Assembly: GCA_965221165.1 (NCBI GenBank)
Contig: CBDCRP010000002.1
Span: forward strand, 320,001-384,000
Reading direction: 5' to 3'
DNA length: 64,000 bases
Source: a bacterium
GTDB lineage: Bacteria > UBA8248
Part shown: piece after piece, positions 57,716 through 64,000 of the stretch
How the letters are laid out: each line of letters begins with the position of its first letter
How positions within the stretch are numbered: position 1 is the stretch's first letter
The notes under the pieces: generated by a model
The model's input: the letters and a program-made list of their open reading frames with translations, nothing else
Database searches by the model: none
Told to the model about the DNA's origin: nothing
Translations under genes and position numbers: made by a program

Positions 57716-58495
57716 TTAGTCCCATTTCCTGCCCGGCATGTGATTATAGACGCTGTTCAGGATGCCGCCATCGATATCGAGGCGCGAAGCCGTAATCCAG
57801 TCGGATTCCTCGGAGAGCAAGAACAAGATGCCGTGCGCGATATCCACGGGCTGGCCCACACGCCCAAGGGGCGTCACGTCGCTTCTGCCCTTTTTGATCT
57901 CGGGGTCTTGCAGATAGGCGGTGAGCGGCGTTTCCGTGTGGCCGGGGCATACGGCGTTCACGCGAATTCCCTTGCGCGCCCATTCGATGCCCAACTGCTT
58001 CGAGAGCATGATGATGCCCGCTTTCACCGTGCTGTACGCGCCCGACATGCCGTAAGGCTGCACCCCTGCGTTTGAGGATAAATTCACCATGACGCCCGGC
58101 CTTTCGTTCTCTATCAACCAGCGGCCCGCCGCCTGGCACATCAGGAACATGCCCGTAAGACCTATATCCAGCACCAGCTTCCAACTCGCCAAAGGCAAAT
58201 CGACCAAAGGGGCGGGGTCCATCTTGATGGCGCAGTTCACCAGATGGTTCAGGCCGCCGAACTCACTCACCGTTCGCTCCACCGCCGCCTGGCAAGAAGC
58301 CTCATCCGTTACGTCGAGCCTTTGAAATACCGCTTTCTCCTTGCCGAGTCTGGCCTCCAGTTCGACTCCCAACTCCTCGTTCACGTCTCCGATGAGAACG
58401 CGCCCGCCTTGTTCCACGTACATTTCACACGTCTTCGCGCCGATGCCCCGGGCGCCCCCCGCGACGATGCAGACATCTCCATCAAAACGGCCCAT
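57716..58495 (-). CDS. SDR family oxidoreductase
   Basis: AGGARGIG, S..., YSTVK and RVNAVCPG. Confidence 0.9.
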   Translation of the reverse strand: MGRFDGDVCIVAGGARGIGAKTCEMYVEQGGRVLIGDVNEELGVELEARLGKEKAVFQRLDVTDEASCQAAVERTVSEFGGLNHLVNCAIKMDPAPLVDLPLASWKLVLDIGLTGMFLMCQAAGRWLIENERPGVMVNLSSNAGVQPYGMSGAYSTVKAGIIMLSKQLGIEWARKGIRVNAVCPGHTETPLTAYLQDPEIKKGRSDVTPLGRVGQPVDIAHGILFLLSEESDWITASRLDIDGGILNSVYNHMPGRKWD

Positions 58496-58510
58496 GCTCC
58501 ACCTCCCCTC

Positions 58511-59317
58511 TCAAGTCGTCCTATATGTTATTTCCCTGCCGCCCCAGTTTCGCCCGGGCGTATGAATCATCTTGCTCTCCACCTGTCCGCCGTCGACGGG
58601 CAGGTTCGCCGCCGTGATGTATCTCGCCCGGTCCGAGAGAAGGAACACGCAGCCCTCCGCGATGTCCTCGGGCGTGGCCACGCGGCCCATCGGCACCACG
58701 GCGGCGCGGCCCGCCGCGAGTTCTGGGTCCTGGAACATGGCTTCGGTCATCGGGGTGCGCACCTGGCCCGGAGAGACGGTGTTCGCGCGAACGCCGCGTC
58801 CGCCCCACTCCACGCCGAAGAGCTTGCTGAGCATGATGGCCCCCGCCTTGCACACGCTGTAGGCGCCCGCGAGGGGGTAGGTCTGCATGCCGCCGATGGA
58901 AGACACGAAAACGATAGAGCCCGCCCCCTTCTCAAGCATCGCCCCGCCCGCCGCCTGGGCGCAGAGGAAATAACCCTTGAGCCCGATATCCATCACCATG
59001 TCCCAGTCGTCCTCGGGCAGGTCTTCCAGTTTTCCGGGCACGAGCTTGATCGCGCAGCAAACGAGGCCATCTATCGTTCCAAAGGCGTTGATAGCCTCTG
59101 CCGCCATGCGCTCGGCATCGGCTTTTTTCGAGGTGTCCATCTCTATGAGAATCGCCGTGCCGCCCTTTTCCTCGACCATGGAGACCGTCTCGGCGGCGGT
59201 TTCGGGGTTGATGTCGGCCACGGCGACGTCGGCTCCCTCGCCCGAGGCGAGGACGCACGTGGCCCGGCCGATGCCGCTGCCCCCTCCCGTCACGATGACC
59301 TTTTTGCCTTCGAGCAT
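58511..59317 (-). CDS. SDR family oxidoreductase (tandem paralog)
   Basis: TGGGSGIG, YSVCK and RANTVSPG. Shares DIGL and HxPGRxW with its neighbour. Confidence 0.9.
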   Translation of the reverse strand: MLEGKKVIVTGGGSGIGRATCVLASGEGADVAVADINPETAAETVSMVEEKGGTAILIEMDTSKKADAERMAAEAINAFGTIDGLVCCAIKLVPGKLEDLPEDDWDMVMDIGLKGYFLCAQAAGGAMLEKGAGSIVFVSSIGGMQTYPLAGAYSVCKAGAIMLSKLFGVEWGGRGVRANTVSPGQVRTPMTEAMFQDPELAAGRAAVVPMGRVATPEDIAEGCVFLLSDRARYITAANLPVDGGQVESKMIHTPGRNWGGREITYRTT

Positions 59318-59779
59318 GGCGCGCGATCCTCCAAAGATTGATTATTCAATATATTACGGCCCATCGAAGCCCTGTGGAGGACATCTTACGCCAGGGACGC
59401 TTCCCGGGCCATCCTCGATTTAATCGCCTCGGAAGAGAATAATTTTCATCATATATAACAATGAGTTACGTGGATAATATAAAATTATTTCGAGGCTTGA
59501 AAATCGAATTTTAATTTTCGGATATTTTCCCCTTTTTTTCCCTTTTTTCAGATATTTTCACTTATTCATTTATGTCTGTTCCTGGATTTTCCGGCAACGC
59601 TCACGCCCGCCCGAGACGACTTTTGGCGCCTCGCTCCCCCCTTTTGCCCCTATAAGGAGGGAGGCGGAGTATATGCGCGCCAGAAACCCTATCCCACCCC
59701 AAGTCCGGGCAAATGCGTTGGTCAAACCCGACCTGTGAGGGAAGGTTTGACCGACCGATCCAGCAAGGATTGCGATTCC

Positions 59780-59844
59780 TGTAGTGGGGCGTTCGTGAAC
59801 GCCCCACGTTCGTGAACGCCCCACGTTCGCGAACGGCCCCTACA
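59780..59844. repeat. GTAG-type REP cluster with 18-nt tandem units
   Basis: TGTAG-TGGGG, two 18-nt-period copies of GTTCGTGAACGCCCCAC, then GTTCGCGAACGGCCCCTACA. The units are palindromic and bounded by GTAG/CTAC. Confidence 0.7.
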
Positions 59845-59940
59845 GATACAAAACCGCCCACTCTAGAATTTCATACCGAATGTGACGCATCCGGAATATT
59901 ACGCCTCGCCTGAATCGGCGGCCACTTGCGGAGCAATACC

Positions 59941-60372
59941 TTAGGGCAGCACTTTAATCGAGATGGTCGCCGACCACTTCTTGGCGTAGGAGCGGTGCAG
60001 GCCGTCGGCGAACTGCATCGTGAGCTTATAATCCCCGGGAGCAAGCTTGAGAGACGCTTCCGTCTGTCCCTTCCCGTAGTGCGGGTGCATGGCGTCGGTG
60101 GGTATCACCTTGCCTTTGCGCATGGAACCTCCGTTGATGATAATGTGATGATGCCCTGTCCCCTTGACCACCCCGCCCGAGGGTTTGATGGTCATGCCCT
60201 TAAGGCCCATCACGACCTTGACGGGGCTTTTCACCTGCGCGCCGTCTTTGGGTTCGACGAACCAGACGCCGTCTTTCATCTCCTTCTTTTCGGCTCCTTG
60301 CGCATATCCCGTAAACGCCACAAACGCCGCGAATCCAAATGCAAACAACCCGAAGAACACTCGTCTGCTCAT
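59941..60372 (-). CDS. DUF4399 domain secreted protein
   Basis: Signal peptide, VWFVEPKDG, GTGHHHIII, HYGKGQTE and QFADGLH. Confidence 0.85.
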   Translation of the reverse strand: MSRRVFFGLFAFGFAAFVAFTGYAQGAEKKEMKDGVWFVEPKDGAQVKSPVKVVMGLKGMTIKPSGGVVKGTGHHHIIINGGSMRKGKVIPTDAMHPHYGKGQTEASLKLAPGDYKLTMQFADGLHRSYAKKWSATISIKVLP

Positions 60373-60554
60373 TTCGAACTCCTTTCCGGCTCCCGCGCAG
60401 AGAGCCTGCAAGTGATGCGTGAAGGGCGCGATGCCCGCTTGCCGGTTCGAGCAATTCCGCATCAGTATATCGCATAGAGAGTTCGAGTCCACGAAAAACA
60501 CGCAGCGCTCTTCCCTTGAGAGTCAAATCCGAACGGGGCGTTTGCGATTTTTGT

Positions 60555-60688
60555 CCGTCATTCCGGCGCATGCCGGAATCCAGAACCGAGTAGAAGTACA
60601 CCATTGCCGAATGAACATGAAAACAATCGAGCAACAACAAAAAGACGAAGGCAAAATCCCTGGATTCCGGCCTGCGCCGGAATGACGG
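60555..60688. repeat. Inverted REP doublet (dRS3/CGTC-type REPIN-like element)
   Basis: CCGTCATTCCGGCGCATGCCGGAATCCAG (60555-60583) and its reverse complement with 1 mismatch (60660-60688), 76-nt spacer. Confidence 0.85.
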
Positions 60689-60784
60689 CGGGGTGGCCAA
60701 ACCCGACTGAGGAAGGAGGGTTTGCGGGTTTTTGTCGGAATGATGGCAGGGGCTCCCCGATTTTCGCGAGAGGAATAGCGTATT

Positions 60785-60871
60785 GTAGGGGCCGCATATA
60801 TGCGACCCTGCTTTTTCGCCTTCCGTCCTTGGGCCGCATATATGTGTGGCGGACATATATGTCCAACCTAC
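60785..60871. repeat. GTAG-type REP doublet
   Basis: GTAGGGGCCGCATATATGCGACCC ... GGGCCGCATATATG ... GGACATATATGTCCAACCTAC. Confidence 0.7.
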
Positions 60872-60959
60872 GAGTCAATACCGATCGCGGAATGAGGAAT
60901 TGACCCTCAAGGGGGGAGCGATTAGAACCCTATACCCTATAACCCCAAGGAATGGGCCC

Positions 60960-61724
60960 TCACTCACGCGCGCCGCCCGCTTTGAGTATCTCGATCACTT
61001 TATGAAACGGCTCCTTGTTTCCCTCGTTCCCCTTCATGCCGAGCAGGGCTTCGGTGAGGGGCGTCTGCCCGCGGTTGTTCTTCGCGTTCACCTCCGCACC
61101 CGCATCGAGCAGGGTCTGCGCAGCAGCCGCCTGCCCGCCGAAAGCCGCCCAGTGAAGCGGGGTCTTTCCTTGCTCATCGTCTTTGGCCTCTATCTTCGCA
61201 CCGCCTTTGAGCAGCACCTTTATCGCCGCTGGCTGTCCGTTTCCCGCCGCGATGTGAAGCGGCGTCAGCCCCTTCGTGTCTTTCGCGTTCACCTCCGCTC
61301 CGCCCGAGAGCAATGCCTCCATGCTCGCCGCGCGCCCTTTTATCGCCGCCCCATGAAGCGCCGTCGATTCCCTCTTGTCCCTCCCGTTGGGCTCCGCCCC
61401 TCCACGGAGCAGCGCTTCGACCGCCGCCGTGTGCCCCTGAAACGCCGCCCAATCCAGCGGAGCCTTTCCTATCTTGTCTCTTAAGTTCGCGTCCGCCCCA
61501 CCCGAGAGCAGCGCCTCGATACCCGTCGCGCGCCCCTTGATGGCCGCGAGGTGAAGCGGGGTCATCCCCACGTGGTTTCGCGCGTTCGCGTCCGCGCCGC
61601 CTGAAAGCAGGGCTTTAATCTGAGCCACCTCGCCCTTGAACGCCGCCCCGTGAAGCGGAGCCGCGAAAGCGGGGGAGGTCCACAGGCAAATCGCAAGAGC
61701 CGAAATGGTCAATCGGTGGAGCAT
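60960..61724 (-). CDS. Secreted ankyrin repeat protein
   Basis: Signal peptide (AFA-A) and about 6 repeats of G.TPLH.AA..G....ALL.GGA..N. SD GGAGG. Confidence 0.9.
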   Translation of the reverse strand: MLHRLTISALAICLWTSPAFAAPLHGAAFKGEVAQIKALLSGGADANARNHVGMTPLHLAAIKGRATGIEALLSGGADANLRDKIGKAPLDWAAFQGHTAAVEALLRGGAEPNGRDKRESTALHGAAIKGRAASMEALLSGGAEVNAKDTKGLTPLHIAAGNGQPAAIKVLLKGGAKIEAKDDEQGKTPLHWAAFGGQAAAAQTLLDAGAEVNAKNNRGQTPLTEALLGMKGNEGNKEPFHKVIEILKAGGARE

Positions 61725-61857
61725 GGAGTACCCTCCACATACAAGGGAACAAACAACGGAAGCGTGCTTCATTGCTGTACCCAAAAGAAGCTTCGAAATA
61801 AAACTAAAATATTTTTGAGACGCGCCCGAGAGCAGTCTCTCTTCATACCCCAACGTC

Positions 61858-62811
61858 TTATGTATCGTCGCTATTGACTGCGGAATCCACTGGCCACAGA
61901 TCCGTCAGCTTACGCGCTAAGAGAAGCTTAGCGAGCGTCGTATAACGTGGACTTTGCACCGACCAGGGTGGGAGGTCTCGGGATATCGGCTCGATAGCCT
62001 TGGCCTTCTCCGAAAAGATGAGCTTATATTTACCTCCCTCACCGTAAGACTCGATACGCTCGACCGGCGCATAATGCGTGATCGCAGACACAGGTGCTGT
62101 CTGATAACCCGCAACGTACTTGATGCTGTCGAGCTTGCCGCCAGAAATCCGAATGGGGTACCAACAATCATCATCAAGAAAAGTCTCTTTGAATCCTTCT
62201 AGGCGAGCTGGCACAACGATCGTATCTGGCTCGTCGCCTTTCAGAGGATCGCCCATCGGCGGAGTAATGGATCGTGGTTTCGCGACAGTCTTAGGAATCT
62301 CGAAGACACGTAACCCCACCAGAGGCAGGATTTGAAAGATGTCCTTCAGGAAGGCGCGGGTGTCAGCCTTTTCGGCCTCGCTGAGCGGCGGCTCTTGCGG
62401 TGCATTTCCATTAACCAAGTGGCAACGCTTCGTTTTGTTTGCCTGAGCAATGAGCGAATATTCCAACCAAGTCACATGCGCACTGTTCAAGCTATCACTA
62501 CTTGAAACGAACATGACGCCCCAATCCCAGAAATCCTTACTATTGCTACCGGTGTAGTGGGACTGAATCCGCTTTGATACGTCGTCTGTGTGTCCGATAT
62601 AGACGGTCGGAAGATCGTCATCCTGTTCCGTGTACCCGATGAGGATGTATACTCCTGGGCGTTGCGGTTCAGGGCGACGCTTTACTTCCTCCCATTTGTT
62701 GCGAGGAAAAACCAATCCAAGACCGGTCCAATTCATACGGGAGATTAACCGAACACCGTCCGGCTCTCCATCAGGGACGAAAATACGGATGGTGAATGGC
62801 TCAGGCATCAA
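61858..62811 (-). CDS. GIY-YIG nuclease family protein
   Basis: GVYIL...VYIGHT..RIQSH, WLE and NGN. Confidence 0.8.
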   Translation of the reverse strand: MMPEPFTIRIFVPDGEPDGVRLISRMNWTGLGLVFPRNKWEEVKRRPEPQRPGVYILIGYTEQDDDLPTVYIGHTDDVSKRIQSHYTGSNSKDFWDWGVMFVSSSDSLNSAHVTWLEYSLIAQANKTKRCHLVNGNAPQEPPLSEAEKADTRAFLKDIFQILPLVGLRVFEIPKTVAKPRSITPPMGDPLKGDEPDTIVVPARLEGFKETFLDDDCWYPIRISGGKLDSIKYVAGYQTAPVSAITHYAPVERIESYGEGGKYKLIFSEKAKAIEPISRDLPPWSVQSPRYTTLAKLLLARKLTDLWPVDSAVNSDDT

Positions 62812-63024
62812 TAATCTCCGTCTTTAGAGCAATTTGAGTCCCATCGGTTTGGGGTGCTTTTTCATATATTGGCTTGCAATTTTGAAATCCGATAATTACA
62901 GAGTAAATTCAGGATTTGCAAATCTTATTCATTCTCACACTCCCCATCATGTGGACACGGTCGCCCTGAACAAATTCTCCCTCCTCGGCCAGAACAATCG
63001 CTCCCTCTTCGGTCGCGATTGACC

Positions 63025-63399
63025 TCACACAGGAATATACGCCCCTCTAAATTCCATCAAATCATCGCGCCGGGGGCTGAAAATCTGGAGATCCTGCGAG
63101 CCGTCCTCGAGGGCCTTGAGCCAGTGCTCGACGTTCGACTTGCAAACCACCACCTCGCCCGCACCGACTTCGCGCTCTTCTTCGCCCTCGACGCGGAACA
63201 AAAAGCGGCCCCGCTGGATGAAGGACATCTGCTCGTGGGGGTGTTTGTGGGAGGCGACTTCCGAACCCTCCGAGAAGGTCCAGAGCGCCAGCGTCTGGTT
63301 CTCACCCACTATCATCTGGAGTTCGATGACGCTCTCGGGCGGAATGTTCTCGTGGATGATGCGCATCCGGGGAATACCGTCCCATCGCTGAAAGATCAT
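63025..63399 (-). CDS. Cupin domain protein
   Basis: HKHPHEQ and SNVEH, IFSPRR. SD GGAGG. Confidence 0.85.
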   Translation of the reverse strand: MIFQRWDGIPRMRIIHENIPPESVIELQMIVGENQTLALWTFSEGSEVASHKHPHEQMSFIQRGRFLFRVEGEEEREVGAGEVVVCKSNVEHWLKALEDGSQDLQIFSPRRDDLMEFRGAYIPV

Positions 63400-63467
63400 G
63401 TCTCCCTCCTTGTGGTTGAATGAACTGCAAGCCGCTCCGGAGTGTTGGCGAGGGCGTATTGGGAAAA

Positions 63468-63683
63468 TCAGGGATTCGTTGACGTCTCCTCATCGCCCAG
63501 GTCGAGCGGGCGGTAGCCGTAGCGGACGCGCGGCGGCAGTTCTACCCCGTGCTCCGGCCCGAAATACCGCTTGAATACCTCCGAGGGTTTTGCGCGACGC
63601 TCGGCCTCATCCTCTTCATCCATATCGTGAATGGTGATCTCGTCGCTCGCCGGATGACTTCCTCTTGTTTTGTTCCGTCTCAT
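63468..63683 (-). pseudogene. FitA/Arc-like antitoxin remnant
   Basis: ITIHDMDE...FKRYFGPEHGVELPPR resembles the N- and C-termini of FitA-type antitoxins, with the middle missing. Confidence 0.35.
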
Positions 63684-63834
63684 GACGATCGGATGATACG
63701 CCGACTCGTCGCCAGAGAAAACAAAGGGTGCGCACCATTCCCTCTTTAGGGTCTTACCCGACCTAAGAGGAAGGGTTTGCTGCGGATGAAGAAAACATAG
63801 GTTCGCAATTCCTCGCTCCTCGCTCGGAATTGAC

Positions 63835-64000
63835 CTACCCCACACCCTCGCCCGCCATGAAGCGCGAGATTTCCTCCTCCGGCCAGTCGAGCCATTCCCG
63901 GAGAACCTCCCCGGTGTGCTGACCCAGCAGGGGCGGCGGCTTTATATCGGCCTGCGCGCCGCTCATCATCCACGGCGCGCCCACCACGCGAATCTCACCC
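63835..64000 (-). CDS. 3' end of a CaiB/BaiF (family III) CoA-transferase (partial)
   Basis: GEIRVVGAPWMMSG...PPPLLGQHTGEVLREWL...*, not listed in the ORF track. Confidence 0.8.
   Translation of the reverse strand, partial: GEIRVVGAPWMMSGAQADIKPPPLLGQHTGEVLREWLDWPEEEISRFMAGEGVG

Noticed and set aside
59435-59570. AT-rich tract with an IHF-like site (TAACAATGAGTTA) as oriC or dif
   Set aside because: No DnaA-box cluster or XerC/D consensus. It is probably just promoter DNA upstream of the SDR pair.
59780-59844. Short tandem palindromic repeats as a CRISPR array
   Set aside because: The units are directly adjacent with no unique spacers and there are no cas genes. The GTAG/CTAC ends fit REP elements.
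59700-63830. Integron cassette array
   Set aside because: Although these are unrelated co-oriented genes, I could not find RYYYAAC...GTTRRRY attC boxes or an integrase.
1-64000. Genome-wide UGA reassignment (code 4/25)
   Set aside because: Many complete genes end at TGA with coupled downstream starts (for example 126-128 and 8553-8555), and Trp is encoded by TGG throughout.

Overview
A 64-kb bacterial chromosome segment of roughly 55-60% GC (estimated by eye), densely coding, with about 60 CDSs. I found no rRNA, tRNA, CRISPR array or transposase. Housekeeping genes (mqnD, leuS, mgtE, hflX, rlpA, queE, M16/M20/M42 peptidases) are mixed with many small-molecule catabolic genes. These include a prpB-like lyase with two MmgE/PrpD proteins, glcDEF with cupins, a split UxaA dehydratase, a CoA-transferase-like AB pair with an RraA aldolase, a crotonase with a B12 mutase and an aldehyde:ferredoxin oxidoreductase, and tandem SDRs and MFS transporters. 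A REP-rich accessory stretch lies at about 59.4-63.8 kb. The main hidden signal is recoding: two genes that the ORF track splits in two are each a single reading frame interrupted by one in-frame UGA followed by a SECIS-like hairpin. (1) A deiodinase-like selenoprotein (FGAIT-U-PPF, 1386-2024, minus strand). (2) A family I CoA-transferase alpha subunit (EHA-U-ASVLAGLRAAA, 39331-40158). Its putative Sec102 appears to align with the catalytic Glu of the IpdA ring hydrolase, and its beta subunit lacks the canonical ESG glutamate register, making it a candidate selenoenzyme on the CoA-transferase fold. Also notable: a methylmalonyl-CoA-mutase-like subunit with a Tyr-to-Ala change in the substrate pocket, paired with a decarboxylase-type crotonase, and a probable non-AUG (AUC) start for hflX. 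All family calls come from motif recognition, without database searches.
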